Source: Sphingorhabdus sp. | Lineage (GTDB): Bacteria; Pseudomonadota; Alphaproteobacteria; Sphingomonadales; Sphingomonadaceae | Direction: 5' to 3' | NCBI RefSeq assembly: GCF_040079335.1 | Contig: NZ_JBEBKL010000005.1 | Location: 21,511 to 85,510 of the forward strand | Length of the DNA: 64,000 nucleotides | Shown: piece after piece, positions 9,982 through 19,405 of the stretch | Position numbering within the stretch: position 1 is the first letter of the stretch | Layout: every line of letters begins with the position of its first letter | Position numbers and translations under genes: made by a program | Notes under the pieces: model-generated | Seen by the model: the letters and a program-made list of their open reading frames with translations, nothing else | The model's database searches: none | What the model was told of the DNA's origin: nothing

Positions 9982-11505
9982 ATGATATTCGACCGGGTCA
10001 AACCGCTAGACGCCATTTTGGCGACGGCGGAAAAAAAGTCCCTCCACCGATCACTTGGTGCCTTCCAGCTGACGATGCTCGGCATCGGTGCGATTATCGG
10101 CACAGGTATTTTCGTCCTTACCGCTGAAGCTGCGCAAAAGGCTGGTCCCGGCATGATGCTGGCCTTCGTCATTGCCGGTTTTGTCTGTGCGGTCGCTGCG
10201 CTTTGCTATTCGGAACTGGCATCGATGGTGCCGGTATCCGGTTCAGCCTACACCTATACTTATGCCGTGATGGGCGAAATGCTCGCCTGGATGGTCGGTT
10301 GGGCACTGGTGCTTGAATATGCCGTGGCTGCCGGTGCCGTTTCGGTTGGCTGGTCGGGTTATTTTGTCGGGCTTCTCGACAGTGTTCTTGGCATAGAGCT
10401 GCCTTTGTCCCTGACGGCGGGCCCATCGGGCGGCGGTATTATCAATCTGCCTGCGATGTTGATTGCTTTGCTGGTGACAGCCCTTCTTGTCTTGGGAACG
10501 ACGGAGAGTGCCCGCGTCAACGCAGTCCTTGTTCTGATCAAAGTTGCGGCGCTGACGCTATTTGTCGCGCTGGCAGTGCCGGTCATGCAAGCCGATAATT
10601 TTGAGCCCTTTGCTCCTCTCGGCTTTGGCGGTGTTTCGGCTGCGGCGGCGTCGATCTTCTTCGCATATGTCGGCTTCGACGCCGTTTCGACGGCTGCCGA
10701 GGAAACGCAGAATCCGCAACGCAATATGCCGATCGGCCTGATCGGCTCACTCGCAATCTGCACCGTTTTCTATATGCTGGTCGCCGCCGGGGTTATCGGA
10801 ACCGTAGGCGCTCAGCCAATGCTTTCTCCGGAGGGCATTGGACTGGCGCCGGGAAGCGCTGAATTGACTGCAGCCTGTAATGCTATCGGCAACAATGCCG
10901 TTGTCTGTTCGAAAGAAGCACTTGCATGGACCATGCGCGAAATCGGATGGGAAAAGGTCGGTGATCTTATCGGTTTAGCAGCCGGTTTGGCGCTGCCTTC
11001 GGTTATCCTGATGATGATGTATGGCCAGACCCGCATCTTTTTCGTGATGAGCCGCGATGGCCTTCTCCCCGAGAAGCTGTCGACCGTCCACCCGAAGTTC
11101 AAGACGCCGCATATCATTACGATCATCACCGGCGTGTTCGTCGCCATGTTCGCCGCCTTCTTCCCGGTTGGCGCTCTGGCTGACATTTCGAACTCGGGGA
11201 CGCTGTTTGCCTTTGCGATGGTTTCTATCGCGGTGATGGTATTGCGCCGCACCGATCCGAACCGGGTCCGTCCGTTCCGCACACCGGCCGTCAACATCGT
11301 GGCACCAATCTCGATCCTTGGCTGTCTCTACCTGTTCTTCAGCTTGTCGGGTTATACGCTGCTGCTGTTTGTGGCTTGGGCGGCATTGGGGCTGGTGGTC
11401 TATTATGCCTATAGCCGCAAGGCGAGCCATGTGGGCCGCGGCCTTGTTGAAGTGCATGAGGACGATCCTGACGCTCCGCCGACGTCGGTGCCGCCGATCA
11501 ACTGA
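9982..11505 (+). CDS. APC-family amino acid permease
   Basis: GAIIGTGIF, CYSELASMVPVSGSAYTY, FAYVGFDAVSTAAEE; about 12 TM segments. Confidence 0.93.
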   Translation: MIFDRVKPLDAILATAEKKSLHRSLGAFQLTMLGIGAIIGTGIFVLTAEAAQKAGPGMMLAFVIAGFVCAVAALCYSELASMVPVSGSAYTYTYAVMGEMLAWMVGWALVLEYAVAAGAVSVGWSGYFVGLLDSVLGIELPLSLTAGPSGGGIINLPAMLIALLVTALLVLGTTESARVNAVLVLIKVAALTLFVALAVPVMQADNFEPFAPLGFGGVSAAAASIFFAYVGFDAVSTAAEETQNPQRNMPIGLIGSLAICTVFYMLVAAGVIGTVGAQPMLSPEGIGLAPGSAELTAACNAIGNNAVVCSKEALAWTMREIGWEKVGDLIGLAAGLALPSVILMMMYGQTRIFFVMSRDGLLPEKLSTVHPKFKTPHIITIITGVFVAMFAAFFPVGALADISNSGTLFAFAMVSIAVMVLRRTDPNRVRPFRTPAVNIVAPISILGCLYLFFSLSGYTLLLFVAWAALGLVVYYAYSRKASHVGRGLVEVHEDDPDAPPTSVPPIN

Positions 11506-11525
11506 TTGGCGCTAATCGGATAAAG

Positions 11526-11553
11526 AAAAGGGAGGCTTCGGCCTCCCTTTTTT
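11526..11553. terminator. Bidirectional intrinsic terminator
   Basis: AAAAGGGAGGC-TTCG-GCCTCCCTTTTTT between convergent genes. Confidence 0.9.
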
Positions 11554-11556
11554 GCG

Positions 11557-12795
11557 CTACAAAGGCACGTGCCGTGTCGTTCCCGGGCGGGTAAATAATT
11601 GGCCACGCTCTCCAATCAGGATCAGCGTTAGGGCAAACAACCCGCACCCAAGGAAACCAAGCGCAACGGGTGTGACCGCACCGTTGAACTGCTGGCCAAT
11701 CATAGCCCCGATTAACGCGGCCCATATGGTGCGGACAAAATTCTGGAAGGACGAGGCAGACCCCGCTATCGCACCAAAAGGCTGCATCGCGATCGACGAG
11801 AAGTTCGAGCCAACAAACCCGATCATCGCCATGTTGAGCGTGATAAGGGCTAGGAACAGCGGCAAGGACGCAGGCGCAAAGGTCGCCGCCAATGCCTGCG
11901 CGATGGCCAACGTGATGAAGGCGAACAGCGCCGTCTGCGAGACACGCCGTGCGCCAAACCGCTCCACGATCCGCGCATTGGTGAAATTGGCACAAGCGAT
12001 GCCGATTGCGATGATGGCAAAGCCAATCGGGAAGAAATCGGGTGCGGAAAAGGTCCGGTCAAAAATCTGCTGCGAGCTGTTAAGATAGCCGAACAACGCC
12101 CCCTGCGATGTGCCCCCCGCCAGCATGTAGCAATTGGCTGAACGGTTGGTGACGACCTGTTTCCATGCTCGGCCCAAGGCACGCGGTTCGATCGGTATCG
12201 CATTTTCCGGCGCCAACGTTTCGGGCAGGCGAACAGCGACCCAGCTGAACACAAGCACGGCCATGATCGCAAACAGGACAAAAATTGTACGCCAGCCTGC
12301 GAACAGCAGCACGGCAGAGCCCACCAATGGTGCGACGATGGGAACGGCCATGAAGACGAGGAATATGGTCGACATCCGCCGCGCCATTGCATCGCCTTCA
12401 AATTGGTCGCGGATGATCGAGGTGACGAGAACGCCCAATGCAGCCCCGCATAGCCCCTGCGCCACGCGCATAGCGATCAGCATTTCAAAACTGGTCGCAA
12501 AACTGCACGCCAGCGCACAGAGGATATAGCCGCCGATAGCTATTAGCAGGATCGGACGGCGCCCGAAACGATCGGACAAAGGCCCGTGCACCAACGAACC
12601 AGCGCCCATTCCAAGCAGATAGGATGTGATCACATGCTGGATGCTGTTCGCATCGGCAACGCCCAGGCCTGCTGCCATGCGCGGGAAGGCGGGCAGCATG
12701 GCATCGATGGCGAGCGCATTGAGCGCCATGATCGCGGCCATCATTACGATCAGTTCGCGGTCGCCGAAGTGCTTCTGTTTTTTGGGAGATTGCAT
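11557..12795 (-). CDS. Bcr/CflA-family MFS multidrug efflux transporter
   Basis: ALAIDAMLPAFP, GPLSDRFGRRP, LPETL; 12 TM. Start MQSPKK chosen. Confidence 0.9.
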   Translation of the reverse strand: MQSPKKQKHFGDRELIVMMAAIMALNALAIDAMLPAFPRMAAGLGVADANSIQHVITSYLLGMGAGSLVHGPLSDRFGRRPILLIAIGGYILCALACSFATSFEMLIAMRVAQGLCGAALGVLVTSIIRDQFEGDAMARRMSTIFLVFMAVPIVAPLVGSAVLLFAGWRTIFVLFAIMAVLVFSWVAVRLPETLAPENAIPIEPRALGRAWKQVVTNRSANCYMLAGGTSQGALFGYLNSSQQIFDRTFSAPDFFPIGFAIIAIGIACANFTNARIVERFGARRVSQTALFAFITLAIAQALAATFAPASLPLFLALITLNMAMIGFVGSNFSSIAMQPFGAIAGSASSFQNFVRTIWAALIGAMIGQQFNGAVTPVALGFLGCGLFALTLILIGERGQLFTRPGTTRHVPL

Positions 12796-12931
12796 CGGGC
12801 GCTTATGCGGAAGCAGACTTGCGAAAACCAGCGCGTTTTCGGGTCGCGGCAAAAGCATTCGAATGTTACTGCAACGTCATGGATCAAGTGACGCCCCTCA
12901 TGCCGGTATTCAGAGGTTGCCAAGGCCCGGC

Positions 12932-14062
12932 ATGACCGACGAAACGCCGCCGATCCGCAAAATCATCCATGTCGATATGGACGCCTTTTACGCGTCGGTG
13001 GAACAGCGTGATAATCCCGACCTTCGAGGCAAGCCCGTGGCGGTTGGCGGATCGTCGAAACGCGGTGTTGTGGCGGCCGCCAGCTATGAGGCGCGGGCAT
13101 TTGGTGTCAAATCGGCCATGCCGTCAATCGCCGCGCAAAGGCGATGCCCCGATCTGGTCTTCGTCAAACCGCGCTTTGAGGCCTATCGCAGCGTGTCGCG
13201 CCAGATTCGCGAGATATTCGCCCGCCATACCGACCTTATCGAACCACTGGCGCTCGATGAGGCCTATCTCGACGTTAGCGAAGACAAGCAAGGCATCGGC
13301 TCCGCAGTCAAGATTGCCAAGGCCATTCGTGCCGCCATTCGCGAGGAGACCGGGCTGACAGCGAGTGCCGGGGTCAGCTACAATAAATTCATCGCCAAGC
13401 TGGCGAGCGACCAGAACAAGCCCGACGGATTGTGTGTCATCCTGCCCGAACAGGGGGAGGCCTTTGTCGCGACTTTGCCCGTACGCCGATTCCACGGGGT
13501 CGGTCCGCGCACGGCGGAAAAGATGCAGCGGCTTGGCATTCATACCGGTGCCGATCTGCGCGCGATGAGCGAGGAATGGTTGCAACGCAATTTTGGTAGC
13601 TCGAGCAGCTATTTGTTCAAGGCAGCGCGCGGTATCGATCACCGTCGCGTCAATCCGTCGCGCGAACGCAAGTCGGTCGGCGGCGAGCTGACCTATTTCA
13701 ACGACAAGCAAAGCAATGAAGAATTGCGCGCAGCGCTTGATGAAATTGTCGATATAGTCTGGCGGCGTATCGAGAGCAGCGGCGTGCAGGGCAGAACCGT
13801 AGTGATGAAGGCCCGCTACTCCGATTTCCGGACGCTGACGCGCAGCAAGAGCCTGACCCGCAACGTGGCTGACCGCCCCGAGTTTTCGGCGATCGGCCAC
13901 GCACTGCTTGATCAGATCTTGCCCGCTGAAATGGGCATCCGCTTGCTGGGGCTAACTTTGGGCGGAATTGACCAAAGCGGCCAAAATGATCGGACTGGCG
14001 CTGCTGCAGAACCTCTCGTCGGCGTGCAGCCCAGCTTGCCTTTCGACAATATTGAAAATTGA
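12932..14062 (+). CDS. dinB: DNA polymerase IV (Y family)
   Basis: IIHVDMDAFYASVE, ASYEAR, LDEAYLD, AKLASDQNKPDG. Start MTDETPP. Confidence 0.95.
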   Translation: MTDETPPIRKIIHVDMDAFYASVEQRDNPDLRGKPVAVGGSSKRGVVAAASYEARAFGVKSAMPSIAAQRRCPDLVFVKPRFEAYRSVSRQIREIFARHTDLIEPLALDEAYLDVSEDKQGIGSAVKIAKAIRAAIREETGLTASAGVSYNKFIAKLASDQNKPDGLCVILPEQGEAFVATLPVRRFHGVGPRTAEKMQRLGIHTGADLRAMSEEWLQRNFGSSSSYLFKAARGIDHRRVNPSRERKSVGGELTYFNDKQSNEELRAALDEIVDIVWRRIESSGVQGRTVVMKARYSDFRTLTRSKSLTRNVADRPEFSAIGHALLDQILPAEMGIRLLGLTLGGIDQSGQNDRTGAAAEPLVGVQPSLPFDNIEN

Positions 14063-14107
14063 AGCTTTCATTCACATAATCACAAAAGCGTTATAGCCGG
14101 GCAATAC

Positions 14108-14163
14108 AGGGCCGGTGTTTTAGGGCCGGTGTTTTAGGGCCGGTGTTTTAGGGAAGGTGTTAT
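14108..14163 (+). repeat. 14-bp tandem repeat AGGGCCGGTGTTTT x3 plus a degenerate fourth copy overlapping the RBS and start of the TetR gene
   Basis: Exact copies at 14108, 14122 and 14136; AGGGAAGGTGTTAT at 14150-14163. Confidence 0.92.
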
Positions 14164-14806
14164 GGCTCGTCCGCAAACGGATATCGAAGCCGGTCGGCAG
14201 GAACTGCTCGACATTTGTGAGGAGCTTGTGCGCAAGCGCGGCGGCGTCGATCTCTCGATGACCGAGCTGGCCGCGACTGCCGGCATGTCTCCCGCAAATC
14301 TCTATCGCTTTTTTGAAAACAAGGAAGCGCTGCTCGAGGCGGCGGCTGGCCGATGGTTCGCACCCAAGATTGCGATCATGGAAGAAGTGGTGGCTGCCGA
14401 TCTGCCGTCACGCGAAAAAATGCTCGATTTCTTCGCGCGCCGTTTTGTGTTGATGCGCGATCAGTTCCATGAAGATCCCGACATGTTCAAAAGCTATCTC
14501 GAACTGGGCGACCAGCATTTTGAGGTGGTTCGTGGCTATGTCGATCTTGGCGATCATTATCTCTCTGAAATCGTCGTGCAGGCAATGGACGAGGGCTATC
14601 TTGCTGACTTGTCGGTCGACGATGCCGTGTCGCTGATCAACCAGATCGTGCAGTGTTACTGCAATCCCGAAGCTTTGCTCTATCTTGACCATAAATTGTC
14701 GGAAGAGAAACTGGCTTGCATAATCGATACCATCTTCATTGGCCTGGGCCGCAAATTTGAAGCGAGATCGGGTTCTGGCCAGCCGCATTTCAAGATTGTG
14801 ACCTGA
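14162..14806 (+). CDS. TetR/AcrR-family regulator
   Basis: HTH SMTELAATAGMSPANLYRFFENKEAL. Confidence 0.92.
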   Translation: MARPQTDIEAGRQELLDICEELVRKRGGVDLSMTELAATAGMSPANLYRFFENKEALLEAAAGRWFAPKIAIMEEVVAADLPSREKMLDFFARRFVLMRDQFHEDPDMFKSYLELGDQHFEVVRGYVDLGDHYLSEIVVQAMDEGYLADLSVDDAVSLINQIVQCYCNPEALLYLDHKLSEEKLACIIDTIFIGLGRKFEARSGSGQPHFKIVT

Positions 14807-14870
14807 ACCGGGATAAGCGCTTGCGCCGTGCGAAAAGCTCTGGCAAAGGCGCGCTCCTGTTTGGCAGAGT

Positions 14871-14945
14871 GGGCGATTAGCTCAGCGGTAGAGCACACCC
14901 TTCACACGGGTGGGGCCACAAGTTCGATCCTTGTATCGCCCACCA
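14871..14945 (+). tRNA. tRNA-Val (anticodon CAC)
   Basis: GGGCGATTAGCTCAGCGGTAGAGCA-CACCC-TTCACAC-GGGTG-...AGTTCGATCC...TCGCCCACCA. Confidence 0.96.
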
Positions 14946-15058
14946 TTTCCTGCATTTTCCGATGATTTCAAAAGCCCCAAGGCGCGCGCCATTCGTGGCT
15001 TGCCAATCTTAATCGGACGGCTAGACCCTTTCCAAAGGATTTGGGAGGGAGAGAATAT

Positions 15059-15472
15059 ATGCAGGTCACCAACGCGGTATTCCCGCCAATGGAGCAAGCG
15101 GCTGCCTTTTTTGGCGGTGCAGAGGATGGCGCTTTCGTCATGGTCAACCTGCTCAAATTCAAACCCAAGGCTGAATATGAAGACGGCTCTGACGCCGATT
15201 TGACCGGCGCGCAGGCCTATGCCCGCTATGGCGCCGCCGTGCAGGCGTGCCTTGCTTCGGTCGGCGGGCGTCAGGTTTATGCCGGGCCGGTCACAGGCCT
15301 GTTGCTTGGCGAAGTCGAGGAGTTGTGGGACATGGTCGCACTCGCCGAATATCCTTCGCTCACCGCGATGCAGCAGATGGTGCAGTCTCCCGAATATCAG
15401 GCGATTGAAAAGCACCGCAAAGCCGGGCTCGCGGGCCAGCTCAATATTCGTACCAAGCCTGTCGGGCGTTAA
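15059..15472 (+). CDS. DUF1330-family (dimeric alpha/beta barrel) protein
   Basis: VMVNLLKFK, AYARYG, WDMVALAEYPS, EYQAIEKHRKAGL; GGAGGGAG RBS. Confidence 0.8.
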   Translation: MQVTNAVFPPMEQAAAFFGGAEDGAFVMVNLLKFKPKAEYEDGSDADLTGAQAYARYGAAVQACLASVGGRQVYAGPVTGLLLGEVEELWDMVALAEYPSLTAMQQMVQSPEYQAIEKHRKAGLAGQLNIRTKPVGR

Positions 15473-16008
15473 GCGACCAGCGACCGGGCGATTATCACGC
15501 CACTGTCGGTGAGTGCATATTCGCTTGCTGGTGGATATCCATCGAGGATGCGACGGTCGACCAATCGGTGCGCGATCAGTGATTTCAGGCTCTGTGTCAA
15601 AGCGCGCGGGTTAGACCTTGTCAGCTTGCTAGCGATGGCTGAATAGCGGCGTTCGCCTTCTCCGATGACGTGAATGATCGGGCGACTCCACCGGTTCATG
15701 CTGAATGGCGGCAACCCGCTTTGTCGCTCGGCTTGCAGGATGTTCGATGCGCACACTGCAGCAAACTTGCCTGTTTCCGACAACAGATATTCGGGCCTTA
15801 GCGGATGGCCATGTCCTGGATTGCGGACGATCCAACCCAGCGAAATCCCGCCTTCCAGCGTTCGCGACAGGCTTTCACGCGATATCCCCATGCGGTGGAG
15901 CAGTTCGACGAAACGGGCGCCGTCTGTGCGGGCGATCTCGACCAGCAAATAGGGCAGCCATCGGTGCTGTCCCAGTGCGATCAGCGTTTCGACTGTGTTC
16001 GTTGACAT
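15469..16008 (-). CDS. Tandem winged-helix (double HxlR-like) regulator
   Basis: Two HxlR-like halves: RW..RFVEL..ISRESLSRTL..EYLLSETG and RW..RYSAI..NPRALTQSLK..EYALTDSG. Start MSTNTV. Confidence 0.8.
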   Translation of the reverse strand: MSTNTVETLIALGQHRWLPYLLVEIARTDGARFVELLHRMGISRESLSRTLEGGISLGWIVRNPGHGHPLRPEYLLSETGKFAAVCASNILQAERQSGLPPFSMNRWSRPIIHVIGEGERRYSAIASKLTRSNPRALTQSLKSLIAHRLVDRRILDGYPPASEYALTDSGVIIARSLVA

Positions 16009-16016
16009 GATATTCG

Positions 16017-16046
16017 TGTAACTATACAAACGAGACCATAGTTGCA
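16017..16046. promoter_or_regulatory. Candidate operator (inverted repeat) between the HxlR-like and VOC genes
   Basis: TGTAACTAT-N12-ATAGTTGCA, 8 of 9 positions complementary, in a 53-bp divergent spacer. Confidence 0.5.
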
Positions 16047-16061
16047 AGAAGGAGGAAGCCA

Positions 16062-16433
16062 ATGGCGCTGGATTTTGTGCAGGAGTTGACCGCTTCAATG
16101 GGCGCGACCGATCTGGACAGGTCGATTGGCTGGTATGAAAAAATACTCGGTTGCACGCTGATGTACCGCGTCGACGAGATTGGCTGGTGCGAAATGCAAA
16201 CGCATATGGATGGCGTCCGGATAGGTTTGAGCCAGAACCAGTCTGTGGTGCAGGGCGGTGGTGCCACCAATGTCTGGAGCGTCGCCAATATCGAAGCGGC
16301 CAAGGCACATCTTGATGCGCATGATGTGCGTCAGGATGGCGATATCCAGCATATTCCGGGGCTGGTGAAATTGCTGACCTTCTTCGATCCAGACGGCAAT
16401 GCGATGATGTTTGCGGAATCGCAACAATCATGA
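16062..16433 (+). CDS. VOC/glyoxalase-bleomycin resistance family protein
   Basis: TDLDRSIGWYEKILG, FFDPDGN; strong RBS AAGGAGG. Confidence 0.88.
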   Translation: MALDFVQELTASMGATDLDRSIGWYEKILGCTLMYRVDEIGWCEMQTHMDGVRIGLSQNQSVVQGGGATNVWSVANIEAAKAHLDAHDVRQDGDIQHIPGLVKLLTFFDPDGNAMMFAESQQS

Positions 16434-16945
16434 TCCGCGCGCTCACTCTTGCAACGATGCTGGTCGCGCTTGCGATTCCAGCGACGGCCCATGCGCAAAC
16501 GACGCCAGCCGAATCTGCTGCCCCTGCGACGCTCGATTGGATGGTCGGCGAATGGAGTGGCAAGGGAAAACTATTTGGCAGAAACAGCGAAGTCGAACTG
16601 ACCGTAAGGCCTGTCGCTGCTGGCGCTGCCTACAGTCTCGACTACCGTATTTATGTGGCTGCAGATGGCGATGCCACCGAATTGCGTTTCGCCGCACATG
16701 GATTCTTTCAGCGCGGCAAGGGTCGCAAATGGCATGGGCGATGGGTCGACAATTTCGGTAATCTGCATGATATTTCCGGGACTCTTGACGCTCAGGCGAT
16801 GACGACTGTGTGGGGCAGCCCTTCGACCGAGATCGGCAGATCGAGCTATTCCATAGTTGGCGGCCAATTGCAGATCGTCGACTGGGCGCTCGGCAAGGAA
16901 GGCAGTTTCAACGAATTCGCCAGATCGAAATTGAACCATAAATAG
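16430..16945 (+). CDS. Exported hypothetical protein (DUF1579-like beta barrel)
   Basis: Signal peptide ending AHA; LDWMVGEWSG; ATGA overlap with the VOC gene. Confidence 0.65.
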   Translation: MIRALTLATMLVALAIPATAHAQTTPAESAAPATLDWMVGEWSGKGKLFGRNSEVELTVRPVAAGAAYSLDYRIYVAADGDATELRFAAHGFFQRGKGRKWHGRWVDNFGNLHDISGTLDAQAMTTVWGSPSTEIGRSSYSIVGGQLQIVDWALGKEGSFNEFARSKLNHK

Positions 16946-16994
16946 CCATCGACAGCGGCTTTTCCATTGCTTCTGCCTTCACTACAGTGGCGAG

Positions 16995-17375
16995 ATGGAA
17001 AACCCGTTCCTCGACGACGGCCCTGATAGCGGCAACCGGCTGGCTGATGTGACAGGCATAGCCTTGATCTTGCGGCAAGCTGCGCGCGAAGGGCGTTCGG
17101 TCAGCTATTCGGAAATGCTGTTAAACCTGGGTTTCCGCTTCACGCGACCAAAGATGCGCGCCTTGTGCAAAACGCTGGATGCGGTCGATCGCGAGGCGAT
17201 GGCGCGGGGTGAACCGCCGCTTGCGCCGCTCGTCGTTAGAGAGGGGGATCGCCTGCCGGGTCAGGGCTGGTGGGTCTCGAGGCATGATTATCAAGGGCCG
17301 TGGGAAGGTTCTGAAGCGCGCGTCTATCTTGCCGAACATCAGAGGAAAGCGTTTGATTACTGGCGCGAACGTTAA
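16995..17375 (+). CDS. Hypothetical protein, possible winged-helix domain
   Basis: 126 aa ORF with ..SVSYSEM.. and PPLAPLVV..LPGQGWW pattern. Confidence 0.65.
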   Translation: MENPFLDDGPDSGNRLADVTGIALILRQAAREGRSVSYSEMLLNLGFRFTRPKMRALCKTLDAVDREAMARGEPPLAPLVVREGDRLPGQGWWVSRHDYQGPWEGSEARVYLAEHQRKAFDYWRER

Positions 17376-17417
17376 GCTTTCGCTTGCCTTGACGCTGCGC
17401 ATGCGTATCGAAATTGC

Positions 17418-18749
17418 ATGGTGGAGATTCAGGAAAAGCTAGCGTCCGTCATGGATCGCATCGCGGGCGACCATGCCGATATCGAAAATCTGGGTCGGCT
17501 TTCCGGTGGCGCCAACATGGAAAGCTGGTCGTTTGATCGTGCGGGGAAGGGCTATGTCCTGCGTCGTGCGCCCTCGGCTGCTTTCATGGAAGGGCGGTCC
17601 TTCGGGCATGATGTCGAAGCTGAGTTGGTCCGCACCGCGCATCGCGGCGGCGTACTCGCGCCAGAGGTGGTCGGCGAACTGACCGCGGCCGATGATATGG
17701 GCACGGGCTATATCATGTACCGTGTCGAGGCGGAGGTGAACCCGGCGAAGATACTCGCTGACCCACCCGCATCTTTGGTACATGACATTGCCCGCGAACT
17801 GGCGCGCATCCATGCGATCAAGCCCACGCCGGATATTCCCATTCCGTATATGGATACCGCAGCCGCGCTGGCGGAGCTTAAGAAGCGCTTCCTGACCAAT
17901 GGCGGCGATCGACCGGTGGTCGCGCTCGCGCTGCGCTGGTGCGAGGATAATCTGCCGCCACCTGCCGAACCCGTGCTGGTGCATGGCGATTTCCGCATGG
18001 GTAATGTGATGGCCGATGCCAATGGCCTGGCCGCGGTGCTCGACTGGGAATTGGCGCATTGGGGCGATGCGCATGAGGATCTGGCCTATGGCTGCATGGC
18101 GGTGTGGCGCTTTGGCCATTTCGACAAGCCCGCCTTTGGCGCGAGCGATCTCGACACATATTTCACGGCTTATGAAGCCTCGGGAGGCGGTAAGGTCGAT
18201 CGTGCCCGCTTCCGTTTCTGGCTGGTCTATCGCACGCTCTGGTGGGCGCTGGGCTGCATGCAGATGGCGGAAATCTGGCGGTTGGGGGCCGACCGTAACC
18301 TCGAACGCGCAGTCATTGGCCGCCGCACCAGCGAGAATGAGGTCGACCTGCTCCTCCTGCTAGAGGACGACGCGCCCGAGGCGGAGCGCCAGCCAATAGT
18401 CCTACCTGTCGTCGCTCCACCCCGCCGTGCAGGCGAACCATCGTCGGTCGAACTGCTCGAGGCGATCCGTGAATGGGTCGATGTGGGCGTGAAAGCCAAG
18501 ACCGCTGGCCGTGAAAAATTCATGGCGGCGGTGGCGATGAACGCGCTCGGCATGCTCATTCGCGAAGCCGAAAACCCGGTCGATCCGCACGATGCTGCGC
18601 TTTCTGTCGAACTGATGGAGGGCAGGGCATCGCTGGCTACCCCCGGACTGCTGCCCAAACTCCGTGCGACCATGCTGGCCAAGCTTGCCAATGACAGCCC
18701 CAAATATGCCTCATTGGCCGCTGCCAAGGCGCGCTGGCTGAAAGGCTGA
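17418..18749 (+). CDS. APH/choline-kinase-like phosphotransferase with a C-terminal extension
   Basis: [22 protein letters not shown]. Confidence 0.85.
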   Translation: MVEIQEKLASVMDRIAGDHADIENLGRLSGGANMESWSFDRAGKGYVLRRAPSAAFMEGRSFGHDVEAELVRTAHRGGVLAPEVVGELTAADDMGTGYIMYRVEAEVNPAKILADPPASLVHDIARELARIHAIKPTPDIPIPYMDTAAALAELKKRFLTNGGDRPVVALALRWCEDNLPPPAEPVLVHGDFRMGNVMADANGLAAVLDWELAHWGDAHEDLAYGCMAVWRFGHFDKPAFGASDLDTYFTAYEASGGGKVDRARFRFWLVYRTLWWALGCMQMAEIWRLGADRNLERAVIGRRTSENEVDLLLLLEDDAPEAERQPIVLPVVAPPRRAGEPSSVELLEAIREWVDVGVKAKTAGREKFMAAVAMNALGMLIREAENPVDPHDAALSVELMEGRASLATPGLLPKLRATMLAKLANDSPKYASLAAAKARWLKG

Positions 18750-18750
18750 G

Positions 18751-19356
18751 ATGCAGTCCAGCGCGGGTCAGGCCATCATCTGCGCCGTCCGCCCGCATGG
18801 CGAAGTTGGCGCGATTGTACGGTGCATGACCGAGGAACATGGCCTGCTCGCGGGCTATGTGCAGGGTGCGCGCGGTCGTGTGTTGCGACCGGTGCTGATC
18901 CCCGGAAATATTGTCAAAGGCGAATGGCGAGCGCGCGTTGCCGGGCAACTCGCGTCGCTGTCGGTCGAACCGGTGCAAAGCCGCGGGCATTTGCTGGGTG
19001 AGCCGCTGGCCGCTGCCGCCATCGAATGGGCCTGCACGCTGACGGCGAGCGCGGTTCCCGAAGCCTATCCCTATCCGCGTTTGTTTTCGGCGCTCGATGG
19101 TCTGCTTGCTGCGGTCGAGTTGGCGCCTGCAGCGCGTGGCTGGGCCCCCTCGATGGCACGCTATGAGGCGCTGCTGCTGTCTGAGCTTGGCTATGGTGGC
19201 GAAGACCTGGTTGCTGGCGAAGGAACGGCTGCAGCGTTGAAGGCAATGGCATCGCAACGCGAGGCGCTCATCGAGCATGTTCTCGGCGAAAAGCGCGCCG
19301 ATGTGATGGCCGCGCGCGAAAGGCTGGTCGATCGGCTGAAAAGGGCGGTTGCTTAA
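18751..19356 (+). CDS. recO: DNA repair protein RecO (short form)
   Basis: [40 protein letters not shown]. Confidence 0.85.
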   Translation: MQSSAGQAIICAVRPHGEVGAIVRCMTEEHGLLAGYVQGARGRVLRPVLIPGNIVKGEWRARVAGQLASLSVEPVQSRGHLLGEPLAAAAIEWACTLTASAVPEAYPYPRLFSALDGLLAAVELAPAARGWAPSMARYEALLLSELGYGGEDLVAGEGTAAALKAMASQREALIEHVLGEKRADVMAARERLVDRLKRAVA

Positions 19357-19405
19357 AAGGGCAAGCGAAGGCTAGGGGCTTCGCAGCCTTTGTTCGGAGT
19401 CTTTC

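Noticed and set aside
12796-12931. LexA box upstream of dinB
   Set aside because: No GTTC-N7-GTTC or GAAC-N7-GAAC match was seen.
14108-14163. CRISPR array
   Set aside because: Units are 14 bp and head-to-tail with no spacers, and there are no cas genes.
14871-17400. Mobile element integrated at tRNA-Val
   Set aside because: No integrase, transposase or att repeat; only accessory-looking genes.
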